From Lama glama (taxonomy: Eukaryota): a stretch of DNA of 64,000 nt. Position numbers and translations under genes: made by a program. The notes under the pieces were generated by a model, which was not told the origin of the DNA, searched no databases, and was given only the letters and a program-made list of their open reading frames with translations. Position 1 is the stretch's first letter. Each line of letters opens with the position of its first letter. The stretch is taken from the NCBI GenBank assembly GCA_028534125.1, contig CM052824.1:59644001-59708000 (forward strand), written 5' to 3'. Below, in pieces: positions 1 to 13,102 of this stretch.

Positions 1-211
1 GCTGAGGCTCAGAGGTCGGCAGGCCCAGGCCCCACTCTAGAGCTGAGAATGCAGACGCTCTGAGAGGGCCCAAGGGGGTCCCACCCAGACCGGCAGGGAA
101 GGGATGTGAAGTAGGGGAGAGCTGCACAGCCCAGACTTAACTCATAGACGCTGGCTAAGGGACCCCAGGGGTCTCTGCCCGGAAGCCCTGCCCCCGCCTG
201 GCCCCGCCTAC

Positions 212-327
212 CTGCGGGGGCTCGTAGGGCACCATGACACTCTGCCTGCCGGTGACGGGGTCGTCCACGTACTGCGAGAGGTTGTTGCCCTCCACGCGGA
301 TGAGGTGGCTGGCCGGCGCAGACTGTC
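212..327 (-). CDS. TP73: TP73 exon 6 (DNA-binding domain); gene continues beyond the left edge
   Basis: 116 nt, cag|GACAGTCT...CCGCAG|gtaggc; encodes (G)[38 protein letters not shown], a p73 DBD segment; phase matches exon 5. Confidence 0.98.
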
Positions 328-630
328 CTGCCAAGAGGGGACGCCGCTTCAGAGGGGTGCCAGCCGGGGTCTGGCCGGGGTTGCGGGGAGGCGCGGGGCG
401 GAACGCAGGCCAGCGGGCAGCCCTCCTGCCCCTGGGGCCTGGCCCAGCAGCCCTGCTCCCGCTCACCTGTAGGCACTGGCACTTCAGGCCAGGACACGGG
501 GCTGGGGAGGGGCGTGCTGAGCCCTAGAGGTGAGCCCCCTCCCGTCGGACCTGCTGCCTCCCAGGTAGGAGGCCTCGTGCCAGCCCTCCCCTCCGGGCTG
601 GGACACTGGATGGGGGGTCAGGGCCCTCAC

Positions 631-817
631 CTTCGTTGAAGTCCCGCCCCAGCTCGTGGTTGGGGCAGCGCTTCACGACCTCGGTCACGTGCTCCGCCTT
701 CTTGTAGACGGGCATGGCGCGGATGGCGGTGCCCGGGGGCGGCGGAGTGGACACCTTGATCTGGACGGGGCAGGTCTTGGCGATTTGGCAGTAGAGCTTC
801 TTCAACAGCGGAGAGTA
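631..817 (-). CDS. TP73: TP73 exon 5 (DNA-binding domain)
   Basis: 187 nt, cag|TACTCT...AACGAAG|gtgagg; encodes [62 protein letters not shown], including the zinc-binding CPNH motif. Confidence 0.98.
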
Positions 818-1588
818 CTGGGGGCCGGGAGGGGCCAGGTTGAGGATGGCCGCCCCAATGCCACGCCCTTGCCCGCTGTGCCCGCCCCCCATTCCAGGAA
901 TCCCTGCCCCCAGCTCTCTACTGACAGCCACCAAGTGCCTGACCCTCCACTGAACACCTCGGGCCTGCTTCCCTCAAAGAGCCTCTCCCCAGCACCCGTG
1001 GCAGCGCCTGGCTGGTCTGGGCTCAGAGAGCCCCCTGCAGGCAGGCTGAAGTGCTTTCTATCTGGATCTCACTGGTTGGAGAAATGGATACCACTGGGTC
1101 CATTTTATGGATGAAAACAATAGAGGCCGGGAAAGCGAGAAGGAGCTGCTGGAGAGGGTCTGGGACAGATAGCCAGGTCCGGTGCATCAAAGCCGGTGAA
1201 CCTTAAGACCCCAGACCGCGATGGTTTGAAAGGGGTGAGGCTTACAGCATCACAGCTTGGCTCGTAAAAGCCTAGAGTTAGTTTTTGGGGCATTTGTACA
1301 AAGGAAACTAGCAAGGGCTTCCTGGAACATCGAGTCTGAGGGGCCAGACCTGCAGCTTGGTTCTGGCCACTGCGGTTTTGACCACGAAGCCCTAGGACCC
1401 CCCACTCAAGACCTTGCCTCTGGGAGGACCGAATGACTCCCAGGCCACCTGCAGGGACCTCCCCGGCCAGCACTCAGGAGTCTGGGTGGCCCATCAGAGG
1501 ACCCCAGCCAGCTCTCACAAATTCAAAGGTGATCCTTGATGGAAGGGTCCGTTGGAAACAGGGTTGCCCCTCATTTCCAAGCTGGCTG

Positions 1589-1624
1589 CCTCCAGTGACT
1601 GGCTCCCCTCCAGTGACTGGCTCC
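1589..1624. repeat. 18-nt tandem duplication
   Basis: CCTCCAGTGACTGGCTCC x2. Confidence 0.9.
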
Positions 1625-4600
1625 TGGGGGCCCATCTGGGGGTCCTCATAGCCCCGTCCCCCAGGGACAGTAGGGAACATCACAGTCTGAGTCACAGGAC
1701 ACTTCCTGTCCCCATGCCACACACCCTGGGCCCCTCACAAGCCCCCCTGGAGTTACCCCAGGCACCAGGATCTGGAGAGAGCCCTATCTCACCCCACCAT
1801 GGTAGCCAGGAAGAGTGTAGCTGGAAACGGGGGTGTGGGGGGGCGCAGACCTGAGAAGGAGTAGGTCTGAGCCCACTTTGCCAAGGAAGCTGGGGCCTCA
1901 CACCCTAACCCTGCAGAGGAAGACCCCCTGACCATCAAGGGACACAACAGGCCCTAAGGGCCTCACACCCTCGGTAACTCCAAGTCCAGGAAAAGCAAGG
2001 GAAGTGGAGCTCGGGCTGAGCCCGTGAGCAAGGGGTCCCCGGGCCTCAGAGCCCTTGGCCCTGAGCAGTATGAGCTGTCTTTCCTCTGATGAGCTGACAC
2101 CCAGCCGGACATGCTGACCTGTCCCTGGGACGGGGGCTGAGGGGCATTGGGGGACAAGTGGGCTGGGGTCTCCTAGTGGCGTCTTGGGAGATCAGGACCC
2201 GTCCAGCTCCCTCAGCGCTGGCTTCAGGGCAGACAAGCCCTCTTGTGCCCCTATCACGGAAGGGGATTGGATGCCTTGCCCACCTGGGGTCCCTGAAGCC
2301 AGGGCAGCCTGCCATCTGTGCCCCCCACGTCTGCAGGGAAGGACATCCCTGTGGGTGTAGGTGGGCCCTCGGCTGCCAGAGAGTGGGCTCAGGGGCCACA
2401 TGGGGCAGGGGGGAGCCTGCCTGTTGCTGTGGGGGTCAGTCCAGCTCCCCGGGGAGGTGACCACTGACCTCCTGTGTCCCCATCAGTATAAACGCTGTCC
2501 CTTCACTCCGCAAAGCAATGGCTTAGGGGATAAGCCCAAGAGCCGTGCCCAGGGCAGCAGCAGCCCAGCCCCAAGCAAACGCCAGGTTCCAGCTGAGTGC
2601 CGGCTCTCCTGTCCACCCACCAGCGAGGCTCCAGAGCCCGTCCCTGGCTCTGAGACAAGAGTGCAGCGAGAGCTGCCTGGCAAGCTCCAGGCGCAGCCTC
2701 GAGGAGGTGGAGACGGGCCCACAACGGGCCCGCGACCGCCAGGCTCCGGGACAGCCACGCGGCCTCAGAGCCCCGGCCCTGGTGGCGCAGCCTTTCCCTC
2801 TGGCCGGCCCCAGCCCCTCCGGCCGCCCCGCCCCGGGGAGGAGCTGCCGGGCGCTGTCCCTGGTACTGCGGCCCACTGCAGCCCGACCGCCCCTCCAGGA
2901 GCTGGGAGCCGCTCGGCGGCGGTGCGCTGCCGCCCGGAGTGCCTCAGGCGGGCAAGCAGAGAGCGTGCAGAGGAGGGCGCCCAGCCCTCCCCCCGTGTCC
3001 CTGGCAAGGCCGCCAACTCCCCATGGGTGTCCCCAACCCAGTGCCGTCCCCCAGCTGGCTGCTCACGTGGCCTTCACCACACACACCTGTCAGGCCCCGC
3101 GCTGGTCAGTCAGGCAGCATCCGGGAGGGATGCCTGAGGGGTCCCCAGCCCGGCTGCACCCAGTGCTGACAGTGGCCGCTGGGGTGCAGGGCAGGAGGGG
3201 AGCCCGGGAGGGCGAGGGGCAGGCCTGGACGGCCAAACCCCCAGGGCAGGGTGCAGGGTGGGACCCGTAGGCAGTGAAGGAGCCCTTGCATATCCAAGTC
3301 CCTCCCAGAGCCTGAGCCCCACTCTGCCCAGCTCCTTCCCCTCCTCCCAGAGCTCCTGGGCCTCAGGCTGCCCTGGGATGGCTGGGAGGAGCAGGGCTCC
3401 CGGTCCTAGTCTCTTCTGTTGAGAAGGTCACGTGAAGATGCTTCCTCTCCGCACCCCTCACCCCGCCTCTTCTTCCCTAGAACCGCTAGATGGATGTGTT
3501 TCAACAGATTCCCAGCCGATAAAATCTTATTTATCTTCGGCTGTTGACACAGAGCCGTCCAGACTTGCCTGCTCTGGGGTGCATGTGTTCCTTCGTGCTT
3601 GCAGGAAACAGTTTGCCCAAATGCTGGGGTATGTCCGCCCTGCCCCCCTACTCGGCTTCTCTCCTCGGACCCCCCCACCCCCCAGTCCACGAGGGGCCCA
3701 GCCTGGCTGCCAGCCGGGCCTGGCAGGGCTGGTGCAGAGGCGGGGGTGGCGGGCGTGGCACGGTGGCTGTTAATTTCCTCGCACCCGCTCCCCAGCAGCT
3801 GGGTGCCCGGCACGGGCAGGTTTGGACAGGAGGAGAGTGGAGAGGTGATAATAACTTGTCTGTCATTTTCCAAGGACGTGTAGCATCTTGCAAACCGCAA
3901 ATACCGTTAACCAGCTGGGGTGAATCTGCTACAACAGGTTCTGGAAGACGGGGCCTGCAGTGCGGCTTTATTTTTTAAATGATTTTTTTATGGCCCACTT
4001 TTATCTGCTTTCCGCGTGTGCGTGCGTGCGTGTGTGCGTGTTCACAGCCACACTTCTCTCCTCTCCTGGGCTGTGGACCCTTTGAGGACCTCCTCAAGGC
4101 CACAGACCCTCTCTCACCCTGGAAGAGCCCCCAGGGCGGGTCCGCAGAGCACTTGGCGAGAAGCCCTGTGGGCTCCCAAGTGGTCCTGAAAGCTCACAGG
4201 AGGCCCCGGTTCCAGCCCCATTTCTTCTTCCGGATGGGGGGGCCTCCCAGGGCGACACAAGCCACAGGGACATTCTGCCCACCCCTTCCTGGTGACCCCT
4301 CACCCTTCATTGGCACTGCTCTGCTACCAAACTCCCATGTCTTCGCTCAGCAGAGAGCAGCTCGGCGCACGGTGTTGGGGGGGGGGCTCTGACAGATGTC
4401 AGGGAGGCCGCCAGCCTGGAGGGGCGGCAGGGGTGCCCGTGACCATCACCCCAGCCTGCTTCAGAGCACCCACAATCAGAAGGCAGCCATGGTCCACGCA
4501 CAAGGAAACCCACAGCCAACACCTCACTTTCGCCACAGGTCTGGTAAAGGCTGGAGGCCCCAGGGAGCCCCTGGATGCCTGGGGGGCACAGCCAGAGCCT

Positions 4601-7600
4601 GGCCTGGAGGACGCGCTGTGATTCCTCTAGAGTCCCCGCTGAGGGAGGGGGACAGGTGCACCTGCGGGTGCCCCCCACGCAGGTCAGGCGGCCCGGGCTC
4701 CCCTCCCCAGGAGCCCAGAAGGACTGGAGGTGGAACAGGCTCTGCGGGTGCCGAGATGCTCACCACCACCTGGGGAGTCCCCAAGGCCGTGGCCCAGAAG
4801 CTGCCCCAGAGAGAGGCAGGCCTGTGTCTGGTCAGTGCACCCCCGGTGAGTGCGCGCCCTCAGGTGCACCCCGAGACCAGCCTGCTCAGCTCCCCGTCCC
4901 TCCCCGGGCTGCAGGTCAGCAGAGGACACCCCCAGTGGCTTCCGTCCTGGGCTGAGGCTGGGCAGGGTGGGCAGCAGACATGTGCTGGGCTGACCCAGGA
5001 GAGAGGCCAGTAGCCACCAGGTCTGCACTGCAGAGGGAAGGCCCAGCGTGGCGCCCGGTCAGGAGCTGAGGGCCCCCCTCAAAGCCTGGCCAATGGGAGC
5101 TGGGCCGGGCCCAGAGCGGAGTGGGGCCCGGGCGGGCACCTCTGCTGGAGTCAAGACTGGGAACCCCGTGAGTGGGTGCAGTCACCCCGCTCTCTCAGTC
5201 GCGTAGCCACCGTTTACTGACGCCTTCTCTGCGCCGGGTCCACTCACTCGTGATCTCACCCTGGGGGTCACGCACTCTCACCCTGTTTCAGCGACCCAGA
5301 CCTCTGCTTCCAAAGCTGCCAGCCAGGTTCGGGGAGGGCAGCCCTGGGACCCCCAGCTTCACCTCCAGACCGCTTGTCACCACCAGGCTTGACCTGGGTC
5401 CGCAAGGATTGTGCAGCTCAGAGGCAGGTGGACAAAACAAGGAAACAGGCACCAGATTCAATGCCCTTCATCCTCCGGGCAGGGCTCCAGCCTCTGGGGG
5501 GCAGCGGGACCCACGAGCAGGCCTGACCTGCCTGGTCCTGCTGGGGGTGGGGTCTCCCTCCGTGGTCTTGCGCAGAGGGTGGCTCCCAGGTGGTGACTGC
5601 CGAGGGGAGGGGACGGCTGACCTGGATGCGCCACCTCTACCTTCCTGTCCAGACGCTGTGGGATGAGGCTCAGTCCTGGCTCCAAAGGGACCGTGCCAGT
5701 GGGTCTGGCACACAGCGGGTCCTGTTGTCACCATGCTCACTCTGACCCCACCCAGGGCGGAAGGAGCTGCCCAGAGGCAGGCCCTGCCCTTGGCCCCGGT
5801 GCACAGGGCAGGTGGGGAACTCTGGGCCTCCATCCGGTCCTCATTCAGTAGCCCAGCACAGCATCTGGCCACCCCTGAACCCGAAGGAGGGGGTGAGCAG
5901 GGCATGTTCTGAGTCCTCGGGGCAGCCCCGGAGCTCCCAGCGGCAGCTGCCCCTCCCACTCCAGGGGGGCAAATAGCGTCCCGGTCCCTGTGGTGCAAAG
6001 GCACCTCGCTCAGCCTCAGCTGAGTCCAAACACAGGTTCCTCTGCCCACAAACTTGGTTTCCGACTTTGCCAGCCAGGGAGCCCATGGCTGTCTGTCCTG
6101 GCCTCCTGTGTCCCTGCCTGCAGTGGGCATCCCCAGCTGGCCTCACGGAGAGAATGTTCTGGCAAGAATCCAGTAAGTGGGGCTGTGGGCCAGGCCACAG
6201 AGCGGCCCGGCACGGGGAGGTGTGGGGAGGCTAGCCACCAGCCCAGCTCTGCCCGCCCCACCCGCCCCCACCCCGCTTGTGGCCTTTTGAGCTGGACTGG
6301 CCTTGTTGGCACAGTGATTGCCAGGGCCAGGGGCACCTCCTGCTCACAGGACAGTCCCAGAGCCTCTGACTGTGGGCACACCACTCTGGTCACTGTCGCT
6401 GGGCTGGTGTGTGCAGGCACAGAGAGGCCGCCTTCTTCCCGCAGCGCCCTGCAGCTTCAGATGGCCTGGGGGTGGGGGTGCCCGGAGGTGGACCAGCTGC
6501 AGGAGGCGGGGGAATGGGCGGAAGAGAGGCTGGGTGGTGGCCACAGCTCTGGCAGGTGCTCAGAGTGGCTCCTCCAGAAGCCAGAGCAGGAGCCCCGGAG
6601 GGAGACCCTGGAGTCTGAAGTCGGGGTCAGGGTGAGAGCCCTGCCCTCCTGCCAAGGCAGCCGGGAGCGAGTCCCTGGTGAGGACCGCGGGTAAAACCAC
6701 ACGCTGTCTGGCCGGGAGCAGCGAGTGCTGCCTCTCACTAAGTAAGCTCCGCCCCCGGCCAGCAGGAGAGGAGCCCACGGCTTCTCCCGTGAGCACGGGA
6801 CCTGCACGCCCCAGACACGTGGGGGTGGTCAGTCTTCAGCTTTCAGGACAGTTGGCTGCAATCGGTTTTCACTGAAACTTGTAAATATCCAGGGAAGCAT
6901 CTGGGGCGGGGAGAGTGTGGGCTTCTAAACACCTGGCCCCGTGCAGCACGTGGCGACTCCCACTGCACCAGCCCACCTCCGTGCATCCTCTCCGAGGCCC
7001 TGGAGGCACCAGCTGCCCCCACTCAATACGAGGACGCTATGGAGGAAGGGAGGGGCTGCCCTGCCCCAGGCAGGTCTGCGATCCTGGGGGACCCTGGATT
7101 CAGGCCACTGCATGGACCCCCACAGCCCTGACCTTCCCCTTCACTGAGGCCTGTGTGCCTTTCACGGGGGGTTCCTGCCCTAGAGCGAGCTGTAACTTGC
7201 AACCCCGAGCCGCCGAGCCCCTCCTGGGCTGCAGCCCCGACCTGCCACCCCACTCAGAGGAGACGCTTTCCTCCCAGCTCTGCCCCTCCCCTTCCCGAGG
7301 CCGCCTGGACAAACGGACAGAATGCCCGGATGTGGACAAGGGGCTTCTCTCTGGGAGACCAGGGCCTGGACCAGCAGGCCTCTGTGCTGGGGTCCCTGCA
7401 GCCGTGGCTGGTGGAATTCCGGGGCCTGGGATCCATGAACTTGAGCGTGGCTTCCAAGTTTGGGGGCTAAGAAAATCCCAAGGCAGATTTCCCCCACCAC
7501 CAACCACAGGAACCCACCTGGCTTGGAAGCAGAGCGCCAACTCACTGCTCGGCTGCGACCCTCTCCCAGAGACCCCACGGCCAAGGTCCAGGGCACTGGG

Positions 7601-9894
7601 GACCCCCCGTGGCTGCAGCACCGGTTCTCGAAGCTGGGGCGGGACTCCCCTCTGGCCCTCGCTTTCCCACCTAGAAAGGAGGTGACGGGAACCAGGGGTG
7701 GGGCGGGGGCTGCAGGCCCGGTTGAGTTGCAGGAAGAGCAGAGGAGCGGCAGGTCCCAGGTCCAGCTCGCCTGCCTCCCGAGCCCTCCTGGCATGTAACC
7801 ACTTCAGCCTTTGAGCCTGGTCAGCCCCGATCATCCTAACCACAAAGTCTTCTTGAGGAATTTCCATTTGTCAAGAAAACCAGGCAGGAAGGCGGCTGTG
7901 CGGACTACCCTCGCTGAGCGGCAGCTGTCACTCACTCATCAACAAACAGTGATCGCAGGGTCGCTGGGGCAAGTGCTCCCCCACCAGGGGCAAGCCCTAG
8001 ACCTTTGAGGGGTCAGCCCCCCAACCCCTGGTCCCTTGGTCCCCTGGGGGGGCCAGCCCCCCAACCCCTGGTCCCCTGGGTCCGGGGGAGTCCCCGAGAC
8101 CTGCCCCTCGAGCTGGGACAAGGCTGCTCCTTTGACATGCCCCCGAGGGTGCACAGCCTGCGCCCCACACGAGTGAGGAAAGCCGGGGTCAGGCTGCTGG
8201 GTCAGACCCCCGCTCAGCCCTCTGCTGATGGGTGTCCTTGAGCAGGGACCTGCCCTCTCGAGCCTCGGTTTCCTTATCCATAAAATGGGGGGAACACGAG
8301 AGCCTACAACACATACTCAGGGTGCTTAGGGCTTGGCCCGTTCACTCGGGGGCACTGTAATAGTTCAGTCAGCACACTCAGCAGACACCCCAAAATCCAC
8401 GGAGCCACAGCCAAGTCAGAAACAAGCCCCAGAGCACAGGCAATGCTCCGCAGAACGTGTACTGCACCATGCCCCGCCTGCAGCCCCACACCTGCGGGAT
8501 GGACTCGGGTCCACAGGGGTGGGCGTGGGGGCTGCCCTGGGAGCAGCCCTCTGGTGCAGGGACTCGGGGCCCCAAGGCTGAGTTCTGTGACCTCCAGGGG
8601 CAGGGCTCCCCGCTGCTGGGGAGGGTGGAGAGAGAAGAGGACCCCGTGCTCCGGCCGGGACCGGCCCGCAGAGCTCTGCACGAGGCCAGCATTTGCTGCA
8701 GCTTCTCCCCGAGTGTGCCCACTTCCCCTTAATACCCTACGTTTCGTCTCCATGATAAACACTGTTAGATCTTCCGGCGGCTTCAAATACATATAATTGC
8801 TCCTGGTGCCAGTAAAAGGTATTAATTCCACTTACGCATTCCATAAACCTTTAGGATAACGCAATTGACACCACGATCGTGTCGGGGCACCTCCGCTGTT
8901 ATTTTCCTGCTTGCAAACCTCCGAGGGGCTGGAAAGTGCTCTCCCGAATCCATTAGTGTTGACTCAGCCACATTCTGCCCAGGAATCCCGCGCAGAGCCT
9001 TTGTGTCCCAGCCCCCCTTCCTCGTGCTCCCCCAGGACCAGGAGGGGTGGCGCTCACACCACGTGGGCCAGCTCGCCCCCAGGACAGACGGATGGACACA
9101 CACCCCGCCAGGTCTGGGGCAGCTGGAGGTCACTCAGGGGGCTGTGTCCTGGCTGGCGGGCTTTCCCAAGGCCCCCCAGGGACCAGCTGTGCCCGCACAC
9201 CCGTGTGCACCCTCACCATCTCGCCTCATGGCTGCCCGACCTCGGAGCCCCCTCCCCAACCTCTGGAATACCCAGGCCAGTCCCGTCCCTGGAGAGGCTC
9301 AGCCTGGGAGCAGGGAGAGGCTGGACTGGACTGCACAGCACCAAGACGCCTTCACATGGGGTTGCGCCTCCTCTCGGCTCCTTGGAACCCCTGTCACCAG
9401 CTATCCCCACGGTGCCCACATGTGACAGTCCCCAGGATGGGAGTGGACACCAGGGCCCAGAGGCCAGGCTGGGCCCTGCCTCGACCCCGACCATGAGTGT
9501 CCCAGGGAGGGCGTGGGACAGGGATACGGGCACTTGGCCCCATCAGCCCTGGCCCCACTCCACCTGTCACCAGCCCTCGGAACATCGGCCCCACTCACAA
9601 CCATGATCTCTCGCGGTGTCTCTCCCCAAAGCCCAGATGAGCCCCAAAACAGACACGCCTTAGCCCCGACACTGACAAGCAGTGAACACTGGTGGGCGTT
9701 ATGCCCCCGCCAGCGGCTTATCTGCCCCGATGGCCAAACTCCCACCTCACCCGGTCCCTGCTCCTGTTCACAGTCTCAGGAAGAGCCCAGGTCCCTCCTC
9801 TGACCCGTCAGCTACCCACGACCCACCGCCTCTGGCCTTCTGAGGGAGGGGCGGGCTGTCAGAGCCCTGGGCAGCAACCAGGAGGGGCCTGCAC

Positions 9895-10005
9895 AGCTGT
9901 GTGTCTGCGAGTGTGTTCCAACACGTGTGCAGTGTCTGCGTGTGTGTGCTTGCACGTCTGCACGTGTGTTCACGTGTGTGGGTCTGCACGAGTGTGCACA
10001 CACAG
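9895..10005. repeat. Degenerate (TG)n-like tract with repeated CACGTG
   Basis: TGTGTGTCTGCGAGTGTG..CACGTGTGTTCACGTGTGTG. Confidence 0.75.
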
Positions 10006-12039
10006 GCCTGTGGGCTGAGGGCTCCAGGCCCCCCTGTGCCCAAAGAGCGCAGGCGTGAGATCTGAAGTCCGAGGGATGCAGGGCAGGGCAGAGGGGCCCC
10101 CCGGGGCTGGGGCAGCCCGCAGGGAGCCTCAGCCAAGCAGAACCCAAAGACCCCATTAACAGCCGTGGTCGCTCAGGGGCCGCGGGGGCTGTTTTCCTGT
10201 GCCAGGAGAGGAGTGACGGCAGCAGTCAGTTTGGAAGTGCACTTGAGAAAAATATGAATTATCTATCAGTTACCAGCCGGCTGGTGTAAGGGGGCCGCGC
10301 CTGGCGCGGCGCAGAGGCCAGGACAGCAAGGCCGGTGGCAAGTCTGGGCAGCACCCGCACAGCCAGCCCCCTAGAGCTGCGAGCAGGCAGGGCGCCCGGT
10401 GGTCCCCGTCATCCTGCTGCCGCCTGCCCGTCCCCTCCCCCGGGCGAGGCAGGGAGCCTGCGGGGGTGGGGTCCGCTCCCAGGGCTGAGATGCCAAAGGT
10501 CTCACTATCAACGTCTGTCCCACCCCCATCCCCACGTGGACAGGGGCCGGGGAGGGGGCTGTTAGCACCAGCAGCAGCACCGTCCTCCTCAGCTCAGCTC
10601 CACAAGACTTCGGGGGTGGGGCCGGGCAGGGAGGGGCACGGGGGTGAGGGAGGCTCAGAGCTTGGAGGGGAGCCCCTGGGCACAGTGAGCCTTCCTCTGC
10701 CTTCTGTGCGGCCAACTGAGCCACCTCCACCCCAGACAGACCACCCCACGGGGCCCCTTAGTGCCAGCACAACCGTGACCAAGCCACGAGCCCCTCCAGC
10801 CTTGAGGCCACACACCTGGCAAGGAGTGGCGGACACGACCAGGAGGGAGCAGAGGGCAGCCGGCAGAGGGCAGCTCTGTCCCTCCTGAGGACCAGCTCAG
10901 ACATCCGAACGCTCCAAGCCCTCCAGATGCTACAGAGACCCCACCGGCATCCTCAAACAATGGAGAGGAAGGGAGCTGGGACCCCCCCCACAAGCTGCCT
11001 ACCAGGACTCCTAGGGGACCAGTCACTCAGGCCCTGATGACAGAATGTCACTGAAGGAGAAACTGGGACCCTCCCTTCCAGAAGAGAGAGAAAGGGCCTA
11101 GGGAGCAAGTGGGAACTTGGACTTAGATAGGTAGTGAGCCTCCTGTCACTAGAGGTATGCAAGTGTGGGGATGCCTCAAAGGCCAGACCTCAGAACAGGG
11201 GTGTGCGGAGCAGAACCCCACAGGCAATAAAGAACCCTGGCAGGTGCAGCTTTAGCTGAACAACCTTGTCTGGGAGGACCGGCCTCAGTGGCCCCCGACC
11301 CCCACCCCTACCCCCACGGGCCCAGGAAATAACAAAGACAACTCCCCAGCACCACTTGTGCGAAGCCCCAGGCCTCATCACCGCCACCAACCAGCAGTGA
11401 GGGAGCGAACTTCCCCAGATGAAGAGGCCTGGGCACCGACAGGACCGGGTGCCGCTCGGGGGCCCCTGAAAGTCCCGGAGTCAGCCTGCGCCCACAGCTG
11501 GAGCATGAACCAGAGACAGCTGCTGGTGGCCGTGGCCGAACCCAGACCCGGGACTGGCCCCTGCAGAGTCTGACCAGGCTGCCTGCAGCTCCGCTCCACC
11601 TCTGGCACAGCAGGGGTCAGCAGGGCAGTGGGGACGGTGGGAACCAGTTCTTAAAGTGGCAGAACCTCGGGGTCACCTGCTCAGCACCCCTGCGGGGCAG
11701 GAACCAGCCACCCCGCAAGGACTCCCCCGCTCCAGGGTCCTGCTTCCAGGGGCTGGCAGTGAGCACAGAGCTGCCGTTTCCGGAGGAGGAGATGTGGCCC
11801 AGCGGCCAGGACCTGCCAGGTGTCCCCTGGATGTGCGCAGGGCTGGGCTCACTCTCCCCTCCTGGGGGGGGGTGCAGGACACTCGGAGGGTCCCTGGGAC
11901 GCCCTTTCCTGCCAGTGCCCTGTGTGCCCTATGTTCACAGGCGCACTGGCGGTGTATGGGGTTTGCTCAGTGTCCCTGGAGCCTTCACTCTGTCCCCGTG
12001 GGGATGTCAGGCAGCCCCTTCCCCCCCAGCTGCAGCACG

Positions 12040-12250
12040 GATAGTGCAGTTCAGCGGCTTGGAGCCCAGCCACAGGGTCCCCATGCCAGTACCCCTACTT
12101 ACTACCTGCGGGACTCCAAGCAAGCTACTTTTCCTCCCTGTGATTCGGTCTCCTGGATGGTAAAATGGGACAATAATAGATTCTACCTGATGGGTTGCTG
12201 GCAGTTTCAAGAGTTAACATAAACTCAAAGAGCCTAGCGCAATTCACAGC
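12040..12250 (+). mobile_element. MIR SINE
   Basis: Core-like CTACTTACTACCTGCGGGACTCCAAGCAAGCTACTT..GGTAAAATGGGACAATAATAG..CTACCTGATGGGTTGCT. Confidence 0.65.
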
Positions 12251-12859
12251 TCTCGGGGAGCAGCCGTGGGGCTGTGGGATGTTATCAAAATCTCGAGTGG
12301 CAGCCAGAACGTTCCCAAGCGCAGACAGGCAGGACCCGGGGTACATCCCTGAGTGCCCGTCTCACATCCGTGCTTGGAGATGACAACCTGGACACCAAAC
12401 CCGCGTACGACAGATGCTCAGCGCCAGCCCGGCACTGCCTGGAGTAGGTGACCTCCCTGGACCCCGGCACCGGCCTTAGAGGACGCCAGGTGTCAGGGCC
12501 GGCAGACTCCTGCCCACACAGGATGGGATTCAAAGCAGCGCCCCAACCTGCTGGCCGGGCAGTCTTGAGACTGGTCTGCCTCTGCCCCACGGAACTCGCC
12601 AGGGGCAGGGGGGACCACGTCCATCCCCTCTGGGGCCCTGCGGGAGACTGGCCCCCTCTGGCCAAGCGTCTGAGGGGTGGGCACACCCAGACTGCCCAGC
12701 CCGGAGACCCGCCTCCTGCCCGATGCTCCTCCAGGCCAGGCGGGAACCCTGAACGGACAGAACACAGGCATGCTCGGCCCTCCCTTGGTGCCCAGGACAT
12801 GGCCACCCCTCCCCACCCTACGCCCCACAGATGACGGCCGGAGCAGGGGCACCACTCAC

Positions 12860-13102
12860 CGTCCAGGTGGCCGACTTGGCCGTGCTGGACTGCTGGAAGG
12901 TCACCTCGAAGTGGTGGGGGCCAGGGTAGTCGGCGTTGGAGGGGATGACGGGCGCCGGCGACATGGTGTCGAAGGTGGAGCTGGGCTGCGCGTAGGGTGA
13001 GTGGGTGGGCACGCTGGCGGCGTGCTCCGGGGTGTAGGGGCTGGCCGGGGCCGCGCGGCTGCTCATCTGGTCCATGGTGCTGCTCAGCAAATTGAACTGG
13101 GA
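12860..13102 (-). CDS. TP73: TP73 exon 4 (proline-rich region and start of DBD)
   Basis: 243 nt, tag|TCCCAGTTC...TGGACG|gtgagt; encodes [81 protein letters not shown]. Confidence 0.98.

Noticed and set aside
2361-3270. Overlapping 258-aa and 241-aa ORFs in a CpG-rich intronic patch
   Set aside because: Several frames open on both strands and no protein-like features; a compositional artefact
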